This document shows, one piece after another, positions 40,463 to 51,500 of a stretch of DNA of 64,000 nucleotides (positions are counted from its first letter, which is position 1; each line of letters begins with the position of its first letter). Source of the stretch: Candidatus Multivoradales bacterium. GTDB lineage: Bacteria; Acidobacteriota; Thermoanaerobaculia; Multivoradales; J023. The notes beneath the pieces were generated by a model. The model did no database searches and was not told the origin of the DNA. It saw only the letters and a list, made by a program, of their open reading frames with translations. A program made the translations under genes and the position numbers. The DNA lies in NCBI GenBank assembly GCA_965248925.1, contig CBDFLE010000006.1, positions 1,600,001 to 1,664,000 on the forward strand, in the 5' to 3' direction.

Positions 40463-41359
40463 ATGCCAATCTTCCCCGTAATATCATTCCTTTTCGGCCT
40501 GCTCTTGATCCCCATCCTGCTGCGCTTGGCGCGGCTGTTCGGCCTCTACACCATCGTCGGCGAATGCGAATCACAGGTCTTCACCCTCTTCGGCAAAGTT
40601 CTGGGAGTGCTCGACGAGCCCGGCCTGAGCTTTCCCGTCGCCCGCTTCGGCCCAAAAGCGTTCTTGATCCCCTTCTTCGGCCGCCGCCAAGTGGTATCGA
40701 CCGCGCTGCGCCAGCACTACCTGCGCAGCCAGATGGTCAATTCCGAAGAAGGCACGCCGATGGGCGTCGGCATCTGGTACGAGATGAGCGTCAACGACCC
40801 GACTTCCTATCTGTTCACCAACGCCAACCCAGAAGGATCCCTCCAAGCCAACGTCACCAGCTCGACCATCTCGACCCTGTCCAATCTGCAGATGGAAGAG
40901 ATGCTTGAGAATCGCCACAGTTTGAGCCGCACGGTGCGCGCGGCGGTCTCCCCCTTGAGCGAAAAGTGGGGCTATCAGCTGGGCTCGGTTTACATCCGCA
41001 AAGTCGCCTTCACCGACCGCTCGATGGTCGAGAACATCACCGAAAAAGTAGTCAAACGCCTGGTCCAGGTAACCAGCGCGATGAAACAAGACGGAGACAA
41101 CCGGGTCGGCCTGATCCAGAGTGAAACCGCCAAGAAAGTCTCGCAAAGACTCGCCGAAGCCGCCGCCGCCCGCCCGGCGGTGGTCGGCGCAACCTTGAAC
41201 GAAATCGGCCGCCAGGACACCGAGATTCTCAGCTCAGTGATCGAAGTGATGGAAACCGACAAGCTGCTGGCCTCGGGCGCACGGGTTGATGTTCTACCCA
41301 AAGATGCCACCGTGCTGATGCAGCTGGGAGAAGGGGCACCGCCGCTGATCGGGAGCTAA
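40463..41359 (+). CDS. Second SPFH/band-7 protein
   Basis: TM, LFGKVLGVLDEPGL, WGYQLGSVYIRKV. Confidence 0.8.
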   Translation: MPIFPVISFLFGLLLIPILLRLARLFGLYTIVGECESQVFTLFGKVLGVLDEPGLSFPVARFGPKAFLIPFFGRRQVVSTALRQHYLRSQMVNSEEGTPMGVGIWYEMSVNDPTSYLFTNANPEGSLQANVTSSTISTLSNLQMEEMLENRHSLSRTVRAAVSPLSEKWGYQLGSVYIRKVAFTDRSMVENITEKVVKRLVQVTSAMKQDGDNRVGLIQSETAKKVSQRLAEAAAARPAVVGATLNEIGRQDTEILSSVIEVMETDKLLASGARVDVLPKDATVLMQLGEGAPPLIGS

Positions 41360-41764
41360 ACCAAGACGGGCGCCCAGCCGTGCGCCCCTACGCCTCCTCG
41401 GCGACCTCGCTGGGTTCCTCGTTCCGCAGAAATAGTGCGGCATGGATTTCGTGTCAAGAAGACTCGTCCGTTTGCGCGGCCTTGACCCCACCCGGCAGAC
41501 TCCGGCAATGGCTCACCAGGCAGAATCCACCAACGCCGACTTGTTGAAGGTCGATCGGATTGAGTTCGCCGTGGTGCCCTCGCAGGACAGCGGCGACAAT
41601 GTTATTACTGGCGACAGAAGAAGAAAATTAGTTCTTCAGAAAGAGTCTGTCGACGGCGACTAGCAAGGGACAGTCCCTGGCATTCACCAGATCGAGCGGT
41701 CGCGTTCTTGCGCCGCACCCAGTTCTTGGTTGATAGTAAACTTATTTCGTGAGGGTCCGATCCA

Positions 41765-44643
41765 GTGCAATATCGCCCATCCAAGCCACAAGCTCCCCTG
41801 TCCGAATTCGATCGTTACTGCCTGACCTTGCGTCTGGCGGCGCCGATAGTCCTGCCCTTTGAGCATGGCGGCGTGCTGCGTGGCTTGCTGTCGCGGGCGC
41901 TGAGCCAGCACCAACTGCCGGACGGACTGATCCTCTTTGCCGCCGAGTCGGGGCGGGTTCACTTCCGCGCCGGCGATCGCTATCGCTGGGTGGTCACTCT
42001 GGTGGGCGAGGCCCGTGGCCAGGCGGAGACACTGCTGGCGGGTATCGCCGCGGTGGGTGGCCGGGTCGACAAGGGGCCGGCACCGGTCTTGGGTGGTAAT
42101 TTCGTGCTCGAGGCCACCGACTTGCTGCCCGCCGTCGATCTCGACGCCGAGTTGGCCCAGCTCGGCGAGCGAGACGAGATCGTGCTGCTGCTGCGCTCGC
42201 CCCTCTGCCTGCCGCGGCCAAAGACTCCCCAGGGCGCACGAGGCGGCATCTTCGACCAACACTGCTTCCCGGCCGCGGCTTTCTTGGATCGACTTTGGCG
42301 CCGCCGCTTCTTCCTCCAGCACAGCCGCTATCCGCGGCCCGAAGAGCGGTCGACCCGGGCCGCGGTAGGAGAGGGTGCGACGGCCCGACCCCACCACTTG
42401 CTGGCGGTTGATCTGCCGGTTCGGGGCACCGGTGAGCACAAGCCTTCTTACAACCTTGCAGGGGTGCGCGGCCAAGTGGTCTTCGGCGGGCTGAGCGAGG
42501 AAGAGCGCTCAGGCCTGGTCGCCGGGATGTTCCTGCACCTCGGCAAGAGCGTTAACTTTGGCTTTGGCCGCTACACCCTCGAGGGCACCCTCGACCATGG
42601 CGACAAGCATTTTCTACCCAGCACCTCGCTGCTGGCTCACGCCGCCGACTCGGAGGTGCTCGAGGACGCCGTCGCCCATCTGCGCCAGAACCTGAAAACC
42701 AAGCATCAGCTGCCGGGCGATGAGGATGAGCCGATCCCCGGCCGGCTGATCGTCGATCTCTCGCGGCGGCTGCTCGACGGCAGCTACCAGCCCGGCCTGC
42801 TCAGCGGCTTCGTGCTGCCCAAGAAGGACGGCGGCGTGCGCCCTCTGGCGGTCCCCAGCGTGCGCGACCGGGTGGCGCAGCGGGCGGCGATCGAGGTCCT
42901 GGCACCGATCATCGATGGTTTGCTCGAGGATTCCTCCTTCGGCTACCGCCGGGGGTTTTCGCGGCAGGGCGCGGCGCGGGCCATAGAACGGGCCTATGCC
43001 GAGGGCTACCGCTATGTCCTCGACGCGGACATCCACGCCTTCTTCGATCAGGTCGATTGGTCGCTGCTCTTCGCCAAGCTCGAAGCGCTCTTCCCCCAGG
43101 AGCCGCTGGTGGAGCTGCTGCGGCAGTGGATCCAAGCGCCGGTGATCTTCGAGGGTCGGCGCATTCGCCGGCAACGGGGCCTGCCCCAAGGCAGCCCCAT
43201 CTCCCCTCTGCTGGCCAATCTCTATCTTGACCAGCTCGACGAGGCGTTGATCGACCAGGGCTTCAGGCTGGTGCGTTTTGCCGACGATTTCGTCGTCTTG
43301 ACCAAGGATCTCGACCGGGCACGAGCCGCCAAGCTCGCCACCGAGCGGGTGCTGCGAGAGCTGCGCCTGTCGCTCAACCAAGACGAGACCGCCATTCGTG
43401 CCATCGACGACGGCTTCAGCTACCTCGGCTATCTCTTCGTCCGCTCGATGGTGATCGAGAAACGCTCATCGTCGAGTGCCGACGGTTCGGCAGCTGAAGT
43501 GTCCCTCGACGCTGACGACGTGCCGGCTGGATCGTGGCTTGCCGGGGTGTCCCTGCGACGAATCGAGGAGCTGCTCTCCGGGCGTCGCGGGCCCAAGTCG
43601 GTGGCCGGGTTCGAACGAGTTCCTCTGGCCACCGGCGCCGCCCTCGACGCCGGCCGTTGGCCCCTCTATGTGGTGGGGCATGACACCCGCTTGTTCTTGC
43701 GGCGACGAACCGTGGTGCTGAAGCGCCCGGAACAGGAGCCCGCCGAGCTACCCATCGAGGCGCTTTCCCACGTCGTCTTTTGGGGCCGGGTGCGGGCGAC
43801 GGTACCCGTCTTGCGCGGCCTCGCACGGGCCGGTGTGCCGGCCTACTTCTGCCAGGTCGACGGCACCCTCGAAGCGGTCTTTGGTCCCTATGAAGAAAAG
43901 TGGCCGAATTGGCTGGCGCAGGCCCGCGCCGCCGACAACCCGGAGCTCTGCCTGCGTTTTGCCATGGCCACCATCGAAGCGCGGTTGCGCAACTTGCGGT
44001 CATGGCGGTGCGCTTTGGCTGGGGCGGCGGTTCGGCGCTCGCCGCTCAGCTGCGCCAGCTGGCGCGGGAAACTGTCAACAAGCAAAGCCTCGACTCGGTC
44101 CGTGGCCTTGAGGGTCGCGGCATGGCTTTGGTATTTGGAGCATTGGCGGATGCGCTCGACTCCGAGTGGGGTTTCACCGGTCGTCACCGCCGACCGCCGC
44201 CGGATCCGGTCAACGCGATGCTCTCCTTCGGCTACAGCTTGCTTTACAACCACACTGCCACGGCCTTGACCGAGGCTGGCCTCAGTCCGCGGATCGGCTT
44301 GATGCACGAACCCCGCGGCGCCCATCTCGCCTTGGCATCCGATCTGATGGAAGAAGTCCGCCACCTGGTCGAGTCGTTGGTCTGGACATTGATCCGCCGC
44401 CGGCAGGTCAAGCCGACAGATTTTCGCCCGTCGGCAGATGGCTACTACCCGGCGCTGCTGACCCAGGAGGCGCGGCGGATGTTTCTCGACGCCTTCGAGC
44501 GCCGGATGCTGACCCAGCTGACCCCGGAAAAGGGCGAAGAACCGATCAGCTACCGCCAGCTGCTGGTGCGCCAAGCCAGGCAGGTCAGGGAGCTGGTGAG
44601 CGGGCGTCAAGACAGCTATCATCCTCTGGTGATCCGTGGCTAG
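41765..44643 (+). CDS. cas1: Cas6-RT-Cas1 fusion, frameshifted at about 43995
   Basis: Cas6 G-rich loop LHLGKSVNFGFGRY; RT PKKDGGVRPLAVP, DADIHAFFD, GLPQGSPISPLLANLYL, RFADD; Cas1 N-terminus in ORF 41765, with catalytic part (GLEG, PPPDPVNAMLSFGY, GLMH, LASDLMEE) in the frame of ORF 43900-44643. Confidence 0.92.
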
Positions 44644-44974
44644 GAGGCAGAATCTTGGCTGCCGCGGGCGAGTTGTCAAGGGTAGAGCAAGGCGTCTGGC
44701 TAACGCTACGGTGTTTCCGGGGATCTCGAGGGAGAATCTGCCAAACTGGCACACGTAAGGCTTAAAGCTCTTGAAACAAACAACTTAGATGGGTCGAGGG
44801 GAGAAAGATCAGACCGAGATCCCCTGAGAGACGATAAAATCAATGATATCAATGGGATACAAGACTTCGGAAAACACGAAACCGGCACAATCGAGGGTCC
44901 AGCGCCGCATTTTGACGAGATCCCCTGAGAGCCGCCTGCAAGTCCTTTGCTTTCAAGGGCCTGGAAAGGGTAGA
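44644..44974 (+). promoter_or_regulatory. CRISPR leader
   Basis: AT-richer non-coding stretch between the cas1 stop and the first, non-degenerate repeat. Confidence 0.75.
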
Positions 44975-46839
44975 GTGGGAATCGACCTAGCCGCTCAAGG
45001 CATTGCGACCATAAATATTCGGACAGGATACACCAAGACATTTTGTGAGTGTGGGAATCGACCTAGCCGCTCAAGGCATTGCGACTTTCTGCCCCCTCGT
45101 GTCGTTATAGTCGGCGATGCCCACAGTGGGAATCGACCTAGCCGCTCAAGGCATTGCGACTTTCAACGCACGAACCATCTGATCAATGACCCAATCGTGG
45201 GAATCGACCTAGCCGCTCAAGGCATTGCGACTTCGCAAACGTTGTAGAAAAAAGTATGAGCAAGCTCGTGTGGGAATCGACCTAGCCGCTCAAGGCATTG
45301 CGACCTTTCATCCGAAAAGTTCTCAGTGTTCAGTAGGACGTCGCGTGGGAATCGACCTAGCCGCTCAAGGCATTGCGACTTCATTAAAATTTGGGTCAGT
45401 CGCTGTTCTGTACCAGTGGGAATCGACCTAGCCGCTCAAGGCACTGCGACTTTCACCAAGCGTGACGAGCCCGACAACCATGAGAACAAGTGGGAATCGA
45501 CCTAGCCGCTCAAGGCATTGCGACTTTCTAGAATTGGTTGAGAAAACTCTAGTGCAACTCTAAGGTGGGAATCGACCTAGCCGCTCAAGGCATTGCGACA
45601 CACGATACCGTACATTACCAGAAACCACGACAGTTTGTCGGTGGGAATCGACCTAGCCGCTCAAGGCATTGCGACCTTTCTGAGACCTTGCGAAGATTAG
45701 AGAAGAGCAAAGTAGTGGGAATCGACCTAGCCGCTCAAGGCATTGCGACTTTCTGCAATAAATTGACTAATCTCCAGAGCGTCATGCAAGTGGGAATCGA
45801 CCTAGCCGCTCAAGGCATTGCGACTTCGCATCTTCCGAAACTCGCCTGGAAAGTCATGCTGCTTGTGGGAATCGACCTAGCCGCTCAAGGCATTGCGACT
45901 TCAAATATGCTGGATGGACATGTTGCCTCACAAAGAAGCTGTGGGAATCGACCTAGCCGCTCAAGGCATTGCGACTTTGAGAAACGTGGTTTTCCCATTT
46001 TTATGGAGTACGAGTGGGAATCGACCTAGCCGCTCAAGGCATTGCGACTTTGAGAAGTAGTTCAGCAAGGCACAGTAGCCGCTGTGGGAATCGACCTAGC
46101 CGCTCAAGGCATTGCGACCAAACGATAGAAGAAGGTGTGCCCGAGTTCATGAGCAACCGGTGGGAATCGACCTAGCCGCTCAAGGCATTGCGACTTCTCC
46201 ATCCACAAACCTAGCAAAGGGTGTGCGGTCGAAATGTGGGAATCGACCTAGCCGCTCAAGGCATTGCGACTTCGTAGTTGGCGCATACCAGAACCACACT
46301 GCGTTGAAGTGGGAATCGACCTAGCCGCTCAAGGCATTGCGACTTTCCATCAGGGCGTTGTTGTTACTCTGAGTCATAAGTGGGAATCGACCTAGCCGCT
46401 CAAGGCATTGCGACTTTCCGATAGTCATCATCCCGCACCAGTCCAGTTTCATCGTGGGAATCGACCTAGCCGCTCAAGGCATTGCGACTTCTATAGACTT
46501 TGTTCCACCCATGTTCGTTTCTCTCGAGTGGGAATCGACCTAGCCGCTCAAGGCATTGCGACTTTAGCAACGTAGCATCCTTGATCTTGTCGAGCGGCAG
46601 AGTGGGAATCGACCTAGCCGCTCAAGGCATTGCGACCTCAAGGTCTTCGTTGGTGACCCCTGCAATGCTCGACTCTTGTGGGAATCGACCTAGCCGCTCA
46701 AGGCATTGCGACTTCCCCTCCATATCCACGAACGACCTGTTCTTGCCGTAAGTGGGAATCGACCTAGCCGCTCAAGGCATTGCGTCACAGAGTTCGTTGG
46801 CATCGCCGTGTGAGAATCGACCTAGCCGCTCAAGGCATT
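44975..46839 (+). CRISPR. CRISPR array: 26 repeats (25 full, 1 truncated), 25 spacers, type III-like
   Basis: 35-bp repeat GTGGGAATCGACCTAGCCGCTCAAGGCATTGCGAC; GCC/GGC stem followed by the 8-nt handle ATTGCGAC; spacers 35-41 bp, last 23 bp; variants at repeats 7, 25 and 26 put the trailer on the right. Confidence 0.98.
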
Positions 46840-48163
46840 GGATCTTCGTCTCCCTGTGTGGGTAAATAGCGCCGTGGCCGACAAATGGATATGCTTGCTG
46901 GATGCGAGACAAAGACCTGTAGGCGAAGATCTTGGGCGTCGAATCGCCGTGGCGAGTCACAGAAGTAGACCTGGCCTTGGATGAAGGTGAGGTTTTGGTG
47001 CACTTGGTCAACGGCGAGAAGCGCCCACCCTGTCCTGAATGCGGCAAGCCGTGCAGCGACTACGACACCCGTTCTCGTCGCTGGCGGCACCTGGATACCT
47101 GCCAGTACCGGACGGTGCTTTTGGCCCAAGTGCCTCGGATCGAGTGCCCGGATCATGGTGTGCTCCAGGTCCGTGTCCCGTGGAGTGAGCCCGGCTCTCG
47201 CTTTACGGCGCTGTTCGAGGCGCTGGTGATCGATTGGCTCCAGGAAGCAAGCGTCTCGGCCGTCGCTCGGCTGGTGGGCCTGGACTGGGGCGAAGTGGAT
47301 CGAATTATGGCCCGATCCGTGGCCAGGGGTCTGGCTCTGCGAGAGCGCAAGCTCCCTCAGCGTCTCGGTGTGGATGAGACCTCGTTCCAGAAGCGCCACG
47401 AATACGTGACCGTGGTCTGTGACTAGCAGAGAGGTGTCGTTGTGCATGTAGCCGACGGTCGGGGCCGAGACTGCCTCGACGATTTCTACAAGGGATTCGA
47501 AGAGAAAGAAAGGAAAGCTGTCGAGTCTGTGTCTATGGACATGTGGCCAGCGTACATCGGCTCGACCGAGCAGTACATTCCCGGTGCCGAGACGAAGATC
47601 GCCTTCGACAAGTTCCATGTAGCCCAGCACCTGTCCAAAGCCGTGGACAAGATTCGCCGACAGGAGAACAAGATCCTCGTCAGCCAAGGTGATGAGTTCC
47701 TGAAAGGCAGCAAGTACCTCTGGCTCCAGAACCCTGACAACATGAGCGATGAGCGCTGGGCGGGCTTTGAGGAACTGCGGGAAAGTAGCCTCAAGACCGC
47801 CCGCGCATGGGCGATCAAAGAACTCGCCATGAGTCTGTGGTACTACGCATACCGGGGCAGTGCTCGCAAAGCCTGGAACAAGTGGTACTCCTGGGCGATC
47901 CGTTCCCAGCTCGAGCCCATCAAGAAGGTTGCGAGGATGGTCAAACGCCACCTGGAGGGTATCCTCACCGCCATCGTGCGCGGCGTCACCAATGCTCGCT
48001 CCGAAGGCATCAACGCGAAGATCCAATGGGTCAAGTACACAGCCAGGGGATGCCGCAACCGGGAGCGCTTCCGCAACGCGATCTACTTCCATCTTGGTGG
48101 TCTTGATCTTTACCCTGAAAGCATCAGGCGGTGATTGCTACCCACACAAAGTATTGTAGCGCC
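46840..48163 (+). mobile_element. ISL3-family insertion sequence
   Basis: Imperfect terminal IRs GGATCTTCGTCTCCCTGTGTGGGTA and revcomp GGCGCTACAATACTTTGTGTGGGTA; no target-site duplication visible. Confidence 0.85.
46902..48134 (+). pseudogene. ISL3 transposase with two in-frame TAG stops
   Basis: MRDKDL*AKILGVESPW..CPECG..RRWRHLD..LGVDETSF..VVCD*..SMDMW..FDKFHV..TNARSEGIN; TAG at 46920 and 47424. Confidence 0.9.
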
Positions 48164-48170
48164 GTCTGAT

Positions 48171-48551
48171 TCAATCCGCTGGCAACTGGTCAAGAGGAAC
48201 TCTCTTAGACAAAAGCTCGCCCGCCTCTATGGACCCTTTCTTGGTGAGATTGAGCCAGCAAATATCGCCGAGATCCGGCCCCTTGGGCAAGGCCAGCCAC
48301 TCACTTTCAATCTGCTGAAGGGCTTGGTCAACAGGAATCTTCCAGGCTGTGAATCCTGTCTCTGTAACCATCCCGACATCCATCAAGTCTCGCCCGAGTA
48401 GCTCCCGAAGAACCCGGAGTGAGAGATCACGAACTTCGGCTTCACTCGTTGCACCACCGACCGAGCGTGCTACCCAAGCAACTTCCGTAGCATCGACCCA
48501 ATCGTCCAAACCACGTCGCAGAAGCTCTTCGACAAGATTGTGCAGGCTCAT
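48171..48551 (-). CDS. Putative cognate immunity protein of the RHS toxin
   Basis: Small acidic lower-GC ORF coupled to the RHS stop by an ATGA overlap. Confidence 0.75.
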   Translation of the reverse strand: MSLHNLVEELLRRGLDDWVDATEVAWVARSVGGATSEAEVRDLSLRVLRELLGRDLMDVGMVTETGFTAWKIPVDQALQQIESEWLALPKGPDLGDICWLNLTKKGSIEAGELLSKRVPLDQLPAD

Positions 48552-51500
48552 TGCTGTACATGCACCTTGCGCCTGGCTCCACTAGGCAGCTTGATGTCGA
48601 TGGTTGGCCCTCCAGACTTCGAGCCAGTGCGCAAGCCTACCGTCGTACCGTCGGGCAGTTTGACTAGCTTACCTGGATACCTTGTGGCGTCGACTGGTGT
48701 GCCGCCGCGGCTTAAGCGACCAAATATGCCCCCTAAATCATCAGCCGACTCGACTACTTTGACGCTAGAACTGCTCCCAGCTCGCAAGCCGGAAAGAGCG
48801 TCGCCAACAGCCTCCGCTCCCCTCCTTGCCTGTGCCGCTTGACGCAGCTTTTTGATTCTCTTCGCTCTCTTGACAGCTTTTGTGAGCTTCACCCCTTTGC
48901 TAACAACCTTGAAAAGCCCCACACCTGTGGCACCTGTCGCCGCCCCAGTGAGAAAAGCTGTGCCTACGCCCGTGGTTAGATCATCGCCCGCTATCGCGTT
49001 AATCGCAACTTGAAAACCGACATCTACGACTCCACCAAGAAACGCGGTTACCAGAAAGGCAAGTCTTCCGTCCGGGTCTACCTGGTTGATTGGACTGTTG
49101 CTGACGTAAGAGAAACGATTCCAACTCTGGGGTGAGGACCGGCTGCCCAGAGATGGATCGACACTCAAGAACCGCCCCACCACCGGATTGCAATGCCGAG
49201 CATGCATGTAGTCCAGCTCGCTCCTCACCCCGGTCCCGGTCTTGTCCCGCTCATGACCGGTAAACTTCAGCAGAATCTCATCTGCCCCCGCGCTGGTCGC
49301 CTCCTGACCAAAGGGGTAGTAGTTGTGCAACGCCACCTGCTGACCGCCACGAGTGATCTGCCGGGGCGTACCCAAATGATCAAGATGCAGATGCGAGGTC
49401 ATCTCGCCGCCGCTACCATCGGGCTCGATGGTGGCCAGCGGCTGGCCACCTCGATGGACGTAATCCCGGCTCCAGCTGAAAGCGCCGCCAGCCGGCTGAT
49501 CGTAGATTCGCAGGACTTCGTTCCCGAGCCCACGCAGGGTCCAGGTGAGACTGGCGGGCTGGGTGGTGCAAGTGCTGGTGGCGCCGGGGCCGAAGCAGTC
49601 GAAGGTGAGGATCCGCTCGTCGCTGGCGTTGTAGATGAAGACCCGCGCTTGATCGGTGTTTGAGCGCAGGTGCTTCATCATGTTGGCGCCATCGAAGGCG
49701 TAGTCGAAGCTCTCGCTGCCGAGGGTGATGTCGGTCAGATTGCCGGCAGCGTCGTACTGAGCGCCTGAGAGGCCGAGGCGGTTGGTGGTGGTGCTGGGGT
49801 TGAGGTTGAGAGCCACGAAACCGGGTGTCGACAACTGCTGGATGTTGCCGAAATTGTCATAAGTCGCCGTCTGGGTGAACCGGGTGGCACCAACGGAGGT
49901 CTGGCCGGAGCGTAATCGGCCGAGGCGGTCATAACGGTAGTCCAGGTTGCCGATGGCGGAGATATTGCCGGCTCCGTCGTAGGCGAAAATGCCGCTGCTC
50001 CAGCCCGCGGAGGTGGTCAGCTGATGCGGCCTGGCGAGGCCGTTGGAGCTGCTGACTTCCTGGGTGTCAACCACGCCATCGCCGTGGGTGAGCTGATGCA
50101 GCATGCCACCGCTCTGGTAGGTGAGGTTGTTGGCGAAGCCGGGCACGGACCTCAGCATACCCTTCTCGTAGTTGAAATTCACCGTGCGCTGCGGATCGTT
50201 GGTGGCGCAGCCGCCGTCGGCGTGTTGGCAGCTGGGGTAGTCGAGTTGCGACAAATTGCCCTGGGTGTCATAGACGAAACCGGTGGTGAAGGCGTAGTTG
50301 CCGGCGAAGAATTGGTAGCGGGTCTGCTTCTCCGACATCAGCCCCTGACGACCGGTGTAGCGGAAGCTCTCGGAGAGCTTGACGTCGAGGAAGCCGGGCT
50401 CGGGGGCCAGGGGATTCTGGATGTCGACCCAGTTGTGGCGCACGGTCTGCACCAGCTTGCCGGCCCGGTGGTCGCTGCCAGAGTTGGCGCGGGCGTAGCG
50501 GAACTGCTTCTGCAGACGCGGGGTGCTCCCCGCGCCATTGCTCGATTCGAGGACTCTGATCAGTCGGCCGGCGGCGTCGAAATCGAAGCTCAGATCGAAG
50601 GCGGTGCTGCCGATCAGATCTTTGGAGGTGGCGTTGCCGCCGGCGTCATAGCGGTAATCGATGCGGCCATTGCCCGAGGGGCCGATCTCGGGATGGGTCT
50701 CGGAGAGTAGGAAGCCGCGACCGTCATAGTCGAACAAGCGGGTCTGGCCGCAGGTCGAGCCGGCGAGGTTCTGGCACACTTTGGTCAGTCTGCCACCATC
50801 GTCATATGAGTAGCGAGTCAGCAGACCGCCACCGCCACAGCTCCCTGACCAGGGGGCGGAACTGCCCTCGCAGACCTCGGCCAGACGGCCCTGGCCGTCC
50901 ATGATCTCGGTGACGTAGGTGTCTTGCTGGCCACTGGTCAGCTGCACTTTGAAGCGCCGGGTCTGCACCCGGTCGCCTTGGTAGGTGAAGAAGGTCGCCG
51001 GCTGTTCTGGCGGCTTGACCCGGCCGGGGCGGCCGAAGCGATCGTAGGCGATGTAGGTCGTGCGCCGGCTCTCGCCGGCCGCGGAGGCGGTGGTCCACAC
51101 CGACTCGTCCGTCTTCCAGTGACGGGGGTTCCAGGTTGTGTAGCGATGCCAGAGCTCGGTCTGGCCAGCGTTGGCGACGGGGATGCGCACGGTCTGTTGC
51201 AGCCGCCGGCCGAGGCCGTCGTAGCGGTGCTCGCGGAAGCTCATCAGATCGGTGCCGCTGCAGGAGGTCTGGAAGGGCTGGCACTGTTGCTCGGTGAGCT
51301 TGGGCGCAAGACTGGGGTTGGCGGTGGTGGGCAGGGTGTAGGTCCACTGGGTCCAGCCCAGCTCGGCCGGGCGCTGGCCGGTCAAGCGGCCCAAGCGATC
51401 GTAAGTGAAGCTGGTGCCCAGGCCCGCCGCGTCGCGGCTGGTGGCCACCAGGCCGGTGTCTGAGTCGATGTCGTAGTCGGCCAGGGTGAGTATCGCGGTG

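Noticed and set aside
41442-41663. Small ORF upstream of cas6-RT-cas1 as a candidate cas2
   Set aside because: No N-terminal YDI/YDV strand or Q.SVF motif; I found no cas2-like ORF in the leader either.
42600-43450. RT as a group II intron maturase
   Set aside because: It is fused in frame between Cas6 and Cas1 domains; no domain X or intron domain V structure seen.
44843-46751. ORFs with repeated VGIDLAAQGIAT peptides
   Set aside because: They are translations of CRISPR repeats.
2041-47426. In-frame TAG codons in the PIN gene (2041) and ISL3 transposase (46920, 47424) suggesting amber recoding or pyrrolysine
   Set aside because: Many intact genes here end in TAG (4110, 12965, 34207, 44643); each case is one base from the expected codon (TGG, TAC/TAT, CAG) in dispensable genes, and the PIN gene also has a frameshift.
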